A DNA stretch of 64,000 nt from Antedon mediterranea (Eukaryota; Animalia; Echinodermata): the NCBI RefSeq assembly GCF_964355755.1, contig NC_092673.1:9176001-9240000 (forward strand). The letters are read 5' to 3'. Position 1 is the first letter of the stretch. Each line of letters starts with the position of its first letter. Made by a program: the position numbers and the translations under genes. Shown in pieces: positions 1 through 12,107 of this stretch. The notes below the pieces were generated by a model that was not told where the DNA came from, ran no database searches, and saw only the letters and a list, made by a program, of their open reading frames with translations.

Positions 1-1166
1 CTTGCGCAAAACTACGAAAAACTCAAAAAGTGGGTTACTTTCATTTTACTATTACGATTTACATATTGCGATTTGAAAATCGTTCTTGGAACCATTGTAA
101 AGCTAAAATCTTTTTGATTATTTTAGTCTAAATTACATGTAAATCAGATCACATACATAGTTTCAATCAGCTTTGATAAAAACATCGAATTGGGCTATAA
201 ACGCTGGCGGTGGCAGTTTCTAACTGGAAAAACCTCTGGCAGTCAAAGTGTTAAGGTAAGTCAATATTAAACCAATTAAATTTAATGTTTGTCTTTAGTG
301 TAAGCCTATATTAAGATAAGCAGAAGCATCAAAACCCGTAACTTTTTCAATTTTCATGTGAGCATGGCTGCGCATTGCCGGCCTTGGTTTTGTAACACTT
401 CACATCTGTGTGTCCCAGCAATGCTCGAGGGAACCAAGAAACTATGAACGATCACATAAAAATGTGTAAATATTAGCGGTTCAGCTCAATCATCGTTATT
501 TTATTTTCAACTTTAACGATTTTAAACTCAACGCAACTCAACTTAACGATTGACAGGAAAACAGGCTTAAACTAATCTAGGTAAAAAATGTTTGAAGGAG
601 TATATTTTTTTATATTATAATTAAAAAACCATAGATGAAAGTTATTTTTTCGTACCAGATCATACTGTAGTTAGTAAAATTTTTGTTGACTTTTAGGGAT
701 ATCATATTTTATATTTTTATTATGGATAAAAATGTGAAAAGTGTTTATTGTTTAAAATCTGTTGATTACAAAAATTGCACTTTAATTTTCAACTGGGCAA
801 TTGCCAAATGAAGAAATAAAATGAATGAATGATGAACATGTAAACTAAATATCAAGACCATTTCAATGTGAGTCAAAGCTACTGAAAGAATTTAAAACAT
901 TCTGATGACTCACTCACCTGTTTTAATGTTGTGAATACCCATGCTTAACAACATTATCAATATTAATAAACTTTTAATGAATTTACACTCCTACTGTATA
1001 AATGTAAGGATGAGATTGACCACAAAACAAAATTAAATTAAAAAAACTGTTAATAGATGGTGTACTAGTCTTTATCCACCATGCAAACTTTCCATTATTA
1101 TAATAATCAGTTAAAATGAAAAAATGTCTATGGCATAATAAATATTTACAAAAGAAATCATCTAAA

Positions 1167-1940
1167 ACTACAATTCAATTCGTCACTTTGACGAATTATA
1201 GGTGATCATTTTTATTATTTTACTGAAATTCATTTTTTTAAACAGGCACATACGTTAACATACGATTGGAAAATGTTGATGTATGCCATCATATTATACG
1301 CTTACAGTGCTGAGTTGTGTCTTTTATATGCCATATACAATATGTATAGTATACTGTATATCTATATACAGTGTAGCATTGGTGAAATTATATCATATAA
1401 TTTTTTGGTATGATGAATTTATCAAAATAAACTAATATTGAAAATTAATGAATTGAGCAAATAAATATTTAAAGAAGGTGCGCGCTCTTTGAAATTTGTA
1501 TAACTTTGACTAAAGAAATGAAAAAACTACTTTTTAACTTCAACTGGCCATATGATAATGTCACAGCATCCGATAGGCACAATTTTAATAAAGAATTCAT
1601 ATCTATATTTCAGCAGCTTTCATAATAAGTTATAAAAATCAAGGTCACCTTTAATTCTGAAGAGCTGTGAGATATTTAACTATATATTATGCTGAAGGTG
1701 AAATTACACGACCTACGTTATTCAATTTTTTACGTGTGATAATGTCATCAAAATTAAACTCTGGAAACTCATGAGAAAGATAATTAATTAAGCACATACT
1801 GAAATTTGAGCAAAAATCGGGCTCAAATAACGGAGATGCGCGCTGTTGAATGTTATAACCTCCCAAAAAAAAACAACAATTTGATGACGTCACAAAATTG
1901 TTTACGTCAAATGTTTACATGAAGTTATATCTATACAACT
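1167..1940 (-). mobile_element. Degenerate Helentron/DINE-like non-autonomous element, partial
   Basis: Terminal hairpin AATTCGTCA-CTT-TGACGAATT at ~1177-1197; body resembles 12110-13000, 13948-14800 and (inverted) 41760-42500. Confidence 0.6.
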
Positions 1941-1949
1941 CAATTACTC

Positions 1950-2725
1950 TAGTACAGTAGCTAGATCAACTTTCGTATGCACTTTGAGGTCCAGAGAATT
2001 TGACTTCAGAAATTGGTTTAGGGTGGTCAAACAATCATATTTGGCTTGGTTACACATTTTGAAAATGTGGCGAAAGGTCAAAAGGTCAAGGTGAAAGGTC
2101 ATAAGACCAAACATAAATATGTCCTTAAATCTCAACAACCACTGGTCACAACGAGGTAATTTTGGTCTTAAATTAATCAGAAGGTATACATTTATATTCA
2201 GTCTAATGGGACATTTTAGTAAAAAATGACCGGAAATGCCATTTATGACCTTTGACCCACAACCCAGGGCATGTATGTATCTCCGTAACTACTGGTCGTA
2301 GACACTTGAATTTGGTTTTAAATTGTTCGAAATATATGTTTTGTTATTTGTTACACATTTTAAAAAAGGTCAAAGGGTCAAGATCAATGGTTATTTGAAC
2401 AAATAAAAAAAAGGTACTTGTATCTCGGCAACCACTGTTCGCAGCAAGTCAGTTTTGGTCTCAAAATGTTCAGAAGGCATGCATTTATATTCCATCTAAT
2501 GGGGCATTTTAGTCAAAAATGATCAGAAATGCCATTTCTGACCTTTGACCCACATACCAGGGCATCTTCATATCTCTGTAGTTTAAGTACAGGTCGTAGA
2601 AACTTAAATTTGGTATCAAATTGTTCGAAATATACATATTTACATTCATTGTAATAGAAAATGTGGTTAAAAGATGAACAGAAATACTATTACCATGGAG
2701 GAAAAATTTCCTCCATGCTATTACT
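1950..2725. repeat. Interspersed repeat with internal sub-repeats and terminal hairpin
   Basis: 1957-2035 matches 23392-23470; ~2140-2350 resembles ~2430-2640; hairpin CATGGAGGAAA-AA-TTTCCTCCATG at ~2694-2717. Confidence 0.45.
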
Positions 2726-4369
2726 AATGTTTCAAACAAAAAACATATCTACACAACTTATCCTTAGACAGTAATGTTATGCAATAACTGATACTTTAAA
2801 TTGTTTTAATTTCAAAGTTATTGCTGTCCCCGAGGACATTTTGATAGAAACGTTAAGCTCAACAGTTCCTTTCAGAATGCTAGAAGTAACTTGCCATATG
2901 TATCCGATTAAACGCCCCAGGCATTTGTTCAGAAAGGTTTTTAGGGGGAAAGGAGGCATCTTTATTAGGGGTATAATATGGTAACATAAATCAAATAAAT
3001 ACCACCTAGATGTAAAAAAATACTGCACAATTAATATCAAAAAGTGATAAAATTATGTCAAAATGCTTGGTAATTTGTAGATTATGGTAGTTAATGAAAT
3101 GTGTTGACGTGATACAATTATTGTGTAAATGCATGTGGCGGGGCGTTTATTCCACATGGTGTTCTATTGGAGGGAATGGTGGCGTTTATTTGAAGGAATA
3201 CTCTAATTTTAATAATTGTATTTCGTTTCTCAACTGATAAAAGGTACTTTACATGATTCGTTTTCCTCTTTATGCTTTTTAACGAAATGTTTCTGTCTTT
3301 TAAAATAAAAGTGATTGATTCCATTAAATGGATCTTCTCCTCCAGGTGCCAGTATAATGATATAAAACAATGACACATCATTATCCTGACACGATTGCAC
3401 TCATAATGGATCTTCATTCTATCATCTATTTGTTTGTAACTACAATTGACAACAATCTTTTGCATAGTTTTAAATGCCAATACATAGTTTCCTTATAGAC
3501 CAGTCGGATCTGGAGGCAGGTGTCACTTTTCTGCAGAATTTTCTAAACCAACTTTTTCTAATGCACTTTTTGACGTAGATTACGAATCTGGTTGTTGATC
3601 GGACTAACGTGGGGGATTTTTCAAGATATAAACGTTTAAAATCTTGATTTTTGAAAGCCGAAATTAATCAAAATAATACAAATTTAGACAATAGAGGGCG
3701 CACTTTGTACATAATTACGAGTAAAGTTGAATTAAAAAAGACTTTGTTGCTGTTAATTTTATTCACGTAAATGTGAAAATCATTTATAAATCGGATCGGT
3801 TTTATATGCTGAAATTGTTTTAGTAATTAATACACTGTGTAGTATAAAGTTAGTTAGAACTTTTCATTTTCGCATTTTCAGCGATCAAAAATGATATTGT
3901 CTAGGCCCGAAAATGAATGCTTCCAGCGTACGACGTATGTAAACAGAGGAAGTTTAAACCGCGATGACAGCATATAAAGTCCGCTCAAGTGAATAGTGGG
4001 TAGGCTTTTACTATACTAGCCTAGCGTATTATGACCGTATGCATGAAACATCTTTCTCTGGCTTATTTTGCATGCAGCGCTAGCAATGCATACTTTATTT
4101 TAATATAATACATGTGTGTACTATTGTATGTATGAGTGTACGTCAAGCGATACGTGTCTGTAAATTTCTAAAAGTTGCAAATGAATTGCCGATTTTCACC
4201 AGAAAAATAAATACAAATTTTTGGTCCCTGGGTGTAACATGATATTGACTCGTGTATCGTACTCATACAGTGAGCTGGGGCACGAACGATTCGTACAAAG
4301 GACACCGCCAGACTACTACCGCGTACCTTTTGTTTAGATCACTGGCAGTCAGCATGCATAAAAAAATGA

Positions 4370-5190
4370 ACCACTTTTCTTAACTCATCATATATTTCAT
4401 ATGGTTCAAATTGGGGGGCTGGTTCAGGACAGGGTAGGTATGCTGGTAGCATGGACGTATCAATTGGGGGTTGTTGCTGGGAGTAACTAGCTAACTGGGC
4501 GTTTACTGCATTAGCAGTCATTAAGTAGTCCTCTGGGTTGACACCATTAATATGGATAGTAGAGGATGGGGGTTTTTTATTCGTGATGCTGCGAATCTCC
4601 CAATGCCATCTCTTAACATTAGTTTCGCGCAAGATTCTAACTTTGCGCTGGGAGTAGCGTTTCTTACATACATTAACTTCCTGGATAATTTTGTTACGGA
4701 AATGTTTCCTTAATGGTTCATTACCTTTAGCAAACGCAGATTGACGTTTTTTGAAAAGTTTTTTAATAGTATTGTTCATCCATGGCTTATCATTGGGGTG
4801 GACATTAACATTTTTGGTTGGGAAGATCCTTTCAACAGCACCATTGACTAGTTCATAAAAAAGGTCTGCTTTGGATTGGACATCGGGGGTGCCCAATACA
4901 GTTTCCCAAGAAACATTTTGAATCCATCGACCAAAAGCATTAATCTTGGACTGGGGCATTGGTCTACAAGATTTGTTGATTAAGCTATTGTCGGATTTAC
5001 ATGTTTTTGGGGACATTATGATTACGTTATGGTTGATCACTATGTCCTATTTGGGATTTGATACAAGGGATATCATACATGTCATTAATGTTAGTAATGA
5101 TCACATCAAGTATGTTATTTCCATTTAGATCCCATTTTATCTTATATATTAACCATTAATGTTATAGAAGTCCACGGTTGGAAGAGTCTA
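4370..5190 (-). mobile_element. Non-LTR retrotransposon ORF2 fragment (CR1/L2 group, APE-RT linker)
   Basis: ORF 4339-5040 contains FP...KPWMNNTIKKLFKKRQ...FRNKI...KRW...EIYDELRK, typical of the linker; truncated before RT, with decayed APE-like sequence upstream. Confidence 0.8.
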
Positions 5191-6765
5191 TATAAATTGA
5201 CTGACTGCAGCTTAAAATTAACCGCTCACAATTTAACGGCGGCGGTTAGCGTATTTTTTATACATGTTTCTGAACATGCTCAGAATGAATTTCTGACTGT
5301 TTGGATTGCTTGTGTGCGTCATGAGAAGGTACGTGGAAAACCCTGTCATGGGTCGTTGAATTGTCCGTAATTATTGCATTTAAGTATTTCCGTAGTACCA
5401 TCTATTTATCTTCATTTCCCTACGTCCGTAATATTGGGCAGAATTTCCGTAGTAATTACGGACGTTCCAAACTTTGAAATAACAGTGTTTAAATGCTTCT
5501 TTCTGCAAATTTCGATCATATTTTCTTTTCTGGAGTGTGGTTTAAGCAACAGTGTTGTAGAGTATAGTGGAGAAATGAAAATGAATTTTGGAAAGTGTGG
5601 TTTAATTACTGACTTATTTAGCATTTGTTTCAAAATAATACAATTTAAGGTTTTGCTCAATATAGTTATAGCAGCAGCTTCACATTTTTGTCAAATTTTT
5701 CAAAATTATTAATTGATAATAGGCCTATAGTAATTAATTTGTATTAATTGATTATAGCCTAATTGCTAGAATAATGTTACCTTACTGGAAGTACCTTCGT
5801 CGGAGACTTCCTCTTACGTTCGTATTGAAAAAAAAAGCTATCCTTAGTTACCGGCAGAAAAAATAGGCGGGATAAATAATGCTGTTTACTACTGTAGACC
5901 GATAGAGTGTCATTTCCTGCGAACTATAGGTGCCATTTATCATGAATTTTACGTGCGAGAGTACTATTTGCGGGCACCTAGAGGTGTCATTTAACAACAA
6001 CAGTATACTAATGTTGTGTTTTGTTTACTAAAGAATATTAGAAGGTTTAATTCATCTTCACAAATTTAAATATCAAGAAGAAATTAGCCTAGCCCTCTAT
6101 AATAAATTCTTCACTTCACATTACTCCTCAATTCTCCATAGTCTTAGCGCCGTGTTCTGTTTCAAACTATAGGATCCCAAATGTTCACTTATGACCTTGT
6201 GCATTACACTATATGCAGTAAGGTGCCAGCCCGAGGCTTGCAAGTGCTGGCCCGGGCCTGCAATTGCCTACTCTGGAGATTGTGCCGGCTGTTATTCCCA
6301 GAGTGTGCCTTATAGAAGTTTTTTCTATTTTTCAGTCTGATTTCATAACAATGTATGATTGAGTATGATTTAGCTTGTCTGGGGTGACATTGTTTCATTA
6401 GTACACCTAGCATATCATGCAAAAACATCTTTCATTCCCTGCTCCTACGGTAGTTGATTTGGATGACGCATACATTGGCCATGGAAAAATAAAATCTTTA
6501 AAATAACCTTAAATTACGATATATTTTTTTCAAATATAATATAAAATTCAATAAATGACACATTCAAAACAATTTCAACTATAGAGTTTTTATGAATTAT
6601 AGTTAGGCCTAGGAATCGTTTTAAAATAATTAAAAAAAAAATGTTTAACAAAGTTCTATTTATGTTCTTCATTCCTGCATATTCAAAATGATAACAAATA
6701 AGTATATACTTCTAATACAATTGTTTTTAATAGTCATATTGACTGGCTTACTACATATAACTATA

Positions 6766-6911
6766 TTTGTTCTTTTTTGTTAGGGTTACATGCTTAAAGC
6801 ACTTTTGCTTATTTTGTATACCATTCCATTATCATATTATTTGTATTGTATTTGTATATGGTTTTATATTGATTATGGAATAAAAATGTCGATGATTGAT
6901 TGATTGATTGA
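6766..6911 (+). mobile_element. 5'-truncated 3' UTR copy of the LINE family at 55-60 kb
   Basis: TTTTTGTTAGGGTTACATGCTTAAAGCACTT..TGCTTATTTTGTA..CCATTCCATTATC...ATGGAATAAAAATGTCGATG is shared with ~60075-60192; ends in (GATT)n. Confidence 0.85.
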
Positions 6912-7539
6912 ACACGCCACACTGTTAAACTATGATGTTACATTATCATTTTGATGTAGAGAAATGAATTATATATTTTTATAGAAAAAAGTTCAACCTA
7001 CTTTCGATTTGCAGTACAAATTGCTATGAAAACAAATTAATGGGAGAGACTGTAAATAGGTTTGTTCACATTAACAAGAACGGCAGATTATTGGAAGTGA
7101 AGTATGTCGAGGAATAGACCTAGATATCTGTACGTTAAAAGAAATAAAAATCTGCTGTGAACAATTTCATTAAATCAGTGGTTAACAATATGGATTTGAT
7201 TGCTGAAACTAGTGATGACATGAAAGTTGACTATTTAAATTGTGTGGGGGTGGGGGAGGAAAAAAACCTTCCCATTCCAACTGAAATTGTTGGATATCAC
7301 ATCCTATACAATAATAATAGTGACCTTATTTTCAAAGACTGAATTGAAAGTGCATATTGAGACAAAATGCATCAAATGCCATTTAAAAGTGGCTATACTC
7401 CAGAAATTGCTTATAAAATTGTGTCATCTTGTAAAAAAAGAAATAATTAATAATAATCAGCTTTATGTTTGTTTGTTAATGAATGTTTGTCAACTTATCA
7501 ACATTAACATGAAGTTGTGCACTTACGAATTTTAATGAT

Positions 7540-8610
7540 TGATCAAAAGTGATTTTTTATTAATATATGGTGAAAAGTTTAATTCATATCAAGGGTCAAC
7601 TCTCTGTGTAATAAAAATAGCATGTTTTACAAAAACTATGTGCTCTTAAAATTTAAAAATGTGCATTTTTTCTTTTTTAATTTTTGAATTTCTTTTTACA
7701 AGATTCATGACATTTTATGCATGTCAAAAACTCTTCTGCGTACAAACCTGTTTATGCGTACGGTGCACAAAAAGAATGAAAACGATCTTTTTTTCTTGAA
7801 TTTTTTTTCCAGCCTTATAAAAAAATTGAGACCATTTCAACTTTAAATCACATCATACGAACATGTTGAAAATTGTCAAAATCATGCCTATTTTGAATAT
7901 ATTATAGCTCCTCAGGATCAATGGTGACCCCAATTTAATATGCAAGCAGTTAACTTGTAGGTATGAATCAATGCACAATTTTTACGTCTTGGATGTTGTG
8001 ACGTCATCATATGATTTTTGTCATAGCTCATCAAATTTAATAGAGCACATCTTGCCTAATCGTATTCCAGTTCCCCCAGATTTTACTATTGTATTGGTCA
8101 ATCAATTATCCTTCACACGAGTTACAAATTTTGATGATGCCATAAGGTAAAAAAAATGATTTAACCTGTGGTCACTTCATCAGTACAGCATATTTCTATC
8201 TCTTATATCTCTTCTGAATTTAAAGTGATAGTCATTATTATTACTTATTATGGAAGTTGCTGAAATGTGGATATATTCATGTAAAAATTTGTTGTGATGA
8301 AATTAAATTTCAAATATTGCATTGGATCTTTTGCGTCTTACTTTAGGTCATCACATTTAAAAGAGCGCGCATCTTTGTGTTTCATTTTAATGAAGTCATC
8401 ATGTTAAAAATTAGAACAAAAGGTGGGTAATTTCACCTACGCTACACTGTATGTAGTATGTATACAGTACTGAGTATACTATTATACTTAGACACAAAAT
8501 AGAGAGCACACTATTAAACATTATTTTATTTTCTTCAGGTCATTATCATGGCGTTTGGCGTTTGTCGTGCGAATAACTAACTTGTCAAAGTGATAAGTTC
8601 AAATCTAGTT
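7540..8610 (+). mobile_element. Degenerate Helentron/DINE-like element, inverted relative to 12110-15600
   Basis: Ends GTCGTGCGAATAACTAACTTGTCAAAGTGATAAGTTCAAATCTAGTT, a degenerate reverse complement of 12108-12156; body shows reverse-complement similarity. Confidence 0.7.
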
Positions 8611-9098
8611 ATAATTTAATTTTGTCACCATTTAATCATACCTGAAAAGGCATTTAATAAAAATGATAGGAACAATTTCATCTACACTTAATAGGTGAAA
8701 GTGTAGTAATCAAGGATCGTTAAAAAAAAGTTAATTGAAATTGAAGCATGCATGTATTAATGTTATTGTTTTTTATTAGCAATGGAGTATACCAAACAAG
8801 TTTAATAATATTAATAAGGTCATATCCAAATGTCAAGGTTTCACTGACAGATATTGATTTCAATTATAATAAGAAGACCTCCATATTTGTTGATTATGAG
8901 ACATAATTAGCTACTTATCATGTGTCTACGAGTACCTCTAATTCGAGAGAAAAGTTAAGTTAAGGTAGAGAATAGTACAGTATCTGATATTTATTTATCT
9001 GCCTCTCTCCCGATAAAATACAATTTCCGTTTGATATTTTGTTTAAACCAAAAAATATCCTCTAGATAAAGAAAAATAGGAATATAAAAGCAATACAG

Positions 9099-9445
9099 AA
9101 TAAAGCACTGCAGCCTAATAAAGCACTGCAGCCTAATAAAGCACTGCAGCCTAATAAAGTACTGCAGCCTAATAAAGCACTGCACCCTAATAAAGCAATA
9201 GTGGGATAAAGAATACAGTCAGATATAGAAGCACTGCAGCCTAACAGTCAGATATAGAAGCACGTCAGATATAGAAGCACTGCAGCCTAATAAAGTACTG
9301 CAGCCTAATAAAGCACTGCAGCCTAATAAAGCAATAGTGGGATAAAGAATACAGTCAGATATAGAAGCACTGCAGCCTAATAAAGCAATAGTGGGATAAG
9401 AAATACAGTCAGATAGAAGCAATACTAAATAAAGCACTGTAGCCT
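9099..9445. repeat. Composite minisatellite (18-bp AATAAAGCACTGCAGCCT plus a longer interleaved unit)
   Basis: Tandem 18-mers interleaved with three copies of GCAATAGTGGGATAA..AATACAGTCAGATA. Confidence 0.9.
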
Positions 9446-9694
9446 ATACATTTGAATAAAACAAACAGAATAGTCGTATATAGACAAGCGGGAAATTTCC
9501 ACGTTAAGGGCAAACAAATTATTGTGTTGGCCAAGCCTGTCCAACCCTAAACTGGAAAAAAGCAGGTTGTTTTTTTTATGAGTCAAACGGCTTCACTGGA
9601 TATCTAAAAGAGTGCATGCAACAGTGAATTGATCATGTTATAACCGGAATAATCGATTATCAATTTGGGGATGTAAGTTGTAACTAATACAATA

Positions 9695-10252
9695 AACTAG
9701 AAAGCCACTCCGAGGGTGCATCTTCCGCCTACTGTAAAATTCTCCTACATAAGATTTATCCGACAAAAAATATATATATATTTGTGTGTGTCTTAATGCT
9801 GTTTGAGATTTAAGCTAATTTCACTACAAGCATGTGTATGCGAGTTTGATGTAATGGTTATGTAACAAGCCTTTCAATTAACAATAGCTTCAGTTGACTA
9901 ACAATAGAACATCAACGCAAAAATCAAACAAGTGAATTTGAAAAGAAATAGGTTTTTTTTAAACTACTCGAATCAAAAAAGGTGCACATTAAATCAAATT
10001 ATGTTTTAAAATTACAATCACCAATTATAACTCTTGCCTCTTGTACAAAAATGAAGTTTTTTGGACAAGTAGTTCTCGAGAAAATGCAATTTTAGTTTAC
10101 TTGTTACTTTAAGACTGCTCGCCGGCTTTTGAAAAATTCTGTCCTATCTTTTTCTTTGACCACATATCTATCTGTATATTCATTTTAGTAAAGATCTTTT
10201 AATTACTTATTGAGTAATCCTGCTAACAAACAAACAGACAAACAAACACACG
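9695..10252 (-). mobile_element. Helentron/DINE-like element, left arm of an inverted pair
   Basis: Near-identical reverse complement of 10972-11638; CTAG end at 9697, CACTC/GAGGGTG hairpin remnant, (CAAA/CAGA)n tract. Confidence 0.8.
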
Positions 10253-10257
10253 CAAAA

Positions 10258-10460
10258 GGAAAGGTATACATAGGGGAAACTGAGCGAGATCTTAAAACAA
10301 ATTATCAATAGTTTTGCAAACACTATAAAGTTAATTGGAAATTGCTGAACTGATTGCTACTGTTTCTTCTTGGAATTCCAGAAGCACTAAAGAAGCCATT
10401 GAAATCAATACTATTCATTAGGACATTGGATGTGTCATCAGTGATATTTGGGTATCTTTA
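10258..10460 (+). mobile_element. Penelope-like GIY-YIG endonuclease remnant
   Basis: Manual translation: GKVYIGETERDLKT ... (frameshift) AELIATVSSWNSRSTKEAIEI..IH*DIG..ISDIW, matching the PLE YIGET and KEAIEI..NRD.G motifs. Confidence 0.8.
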
Positions 10461-10919
10461 TTAGTCGCTAACTATGTTGGTCGGTTGGTTGGTTGGTTGG
10501 TCGGTAGGTAAACACTAACTTGAGCATGCGACTGCAGCCATGTATATGGCCTTGTTTAATAAGAATCTAAATCAACAGTAAACCATGCCATAGTCTTTGG
10601 TCAGTTTACACATGGTTTTTGATTGGTCTGTAGTTGTACCAAGGACTGCAACAGTGAAATTAAACCTCTTTGCTCCACATAATACTTTAAAAGGGACATT
10701 ACACAACAGGACTGTTAGGGAGTAGTCTGGGTGCAGTACAAATTTTGCGGGAAAAAAGTAAAGGAAAATTTGTTTTGGGTTTTTCTGATAGAGTATACCA
10801 ATGCTGCAAAAAAGAGATCTGAACAAATTAAAACTTTGCAAAATCTACGTCCTATAGTTCGGTTAAGCAAAAAGAAGACACTTCACATTGATCAGCAATT
10901 CTTCTCAGATCAGTGTTCA

Positions 10920-11638
10920 AAAATCTTCGTCTGTACAAAATATGCCTTGAAAGGCAAATATGTAATCGATCGCGTGTGTTTGTTTGTCTGTCTGTTTGTC
11001 TGTTTGTTTGTTTGTTAGCAGGATTACTCAAAAAGTAATTACAAGGTCTTTACCAAAATGAATGTACAGATAGATATGTGGTCAAGGACCATTCCATTAA
11101 ATTTGGGGACCATTTCGGACCACGGTCCCAATTCTGGACCACTTTTTAGTATACTTTTCAGACCTGCTGGTGTTAAAAAGATAGGACAGAATTTTTCAAA
11201 AGCCGGCGAGCAGTCTTAAAGTAACAAGTAAACTCAAATTGAATTTTCTCGAGAACTACTTGTCCAAAAAACTTCATTTTTGTACAAGAGGCAAGAGTTA
11301 TAATTTGTGATTTGTAATTTTAAAACATAATTTGATTTAATGTGCACATTTTTTTATGCGAGTAGTTTACAAAACCTATTTCTTTTCAAATTCACTCGTT
11401 TGATTTTTGCGTTGCTGTTCTATTGTTAGTCAACTGAAGCTATTGTTAAGTGAAAGGCTTGTTACATAACCATTACACCAAACTCGCATACACATGCTTG
11501 TAGTGAAATTAGCGTAAATCACAAACAGCATTAAGACACACACAAAAATATATATATATATTTTTTTACCGGAGAAATCTTATGTAGGAGAATTTTACAG
11601 TAGGCGGAGGTATGCACTCTCGGAGTGGCTTTCTAGTT
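10920..11638 (+). mobile_element. Helentron/DINE-like element, right arm of an inverted pair
   Basis: (GTTT/GTCT)n microsatellite followed by GTTAGCAGGATTACTCAAAAAG; 3' end GGCGGAGGTATGCACTCTCGGAGTGGCTTTCTAGTT with subTIR-like motif, CACTC/GAGTG stem-loop and CTAG. Confidence 0.8.
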
Positions 11639-12107
11639 AAAAGTGATGTCTCTTAATATAATGACCCTTTCCAAAAGCTTAACACCATGGTCGGTAATTT
11701 TCTGTCTATTTTGAGGTGGATAGCAAGAAACAACACCCATGAAATTTTCCGGTTCCATCTGAGAATGGTAGGTGAATCTGCATTATATCATAGGCTGATC
11801 CAGAGAGAGATCCAAAAATTAGGACAGGCCTATGTTTTACATTTTTTACAATTTTTAAGCCCTCGCAAATTCTTCCCCTCTCCAACCCAAACCTCCTAAA
11901 TCAAAATCTCATCCTAATGTTGGGAAGACTGGGTGAGGGGGACAATTACTGTAAGTAGATGTACATTCATGTGGACAAATTGGTCGCCATATTGGATTCT
12001 GGCATGATGATGTCATTGTTATCGACTCAATTGATCAACTACTATGAGAAGTAGTTATTAAAGTAAGCCTCAGTTAATCTTAAACATCATAACATAACTC
12101 CAAATAA

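Noticed and set aside
918-990. Possible further minus-strand exon (ECKFIKSLLILIMLLSMGIHNIKT) with CAG|GTGAGT donor
   Set aside because: Weak acceptor, short AT-rich frame and no recognisable homology; cannot be supported without transcripts.
8991-9437. Repetitive ORFs (LQCFIR / ALLGCS)
   Set aside because: Translations of an 18-bp minisatellite.
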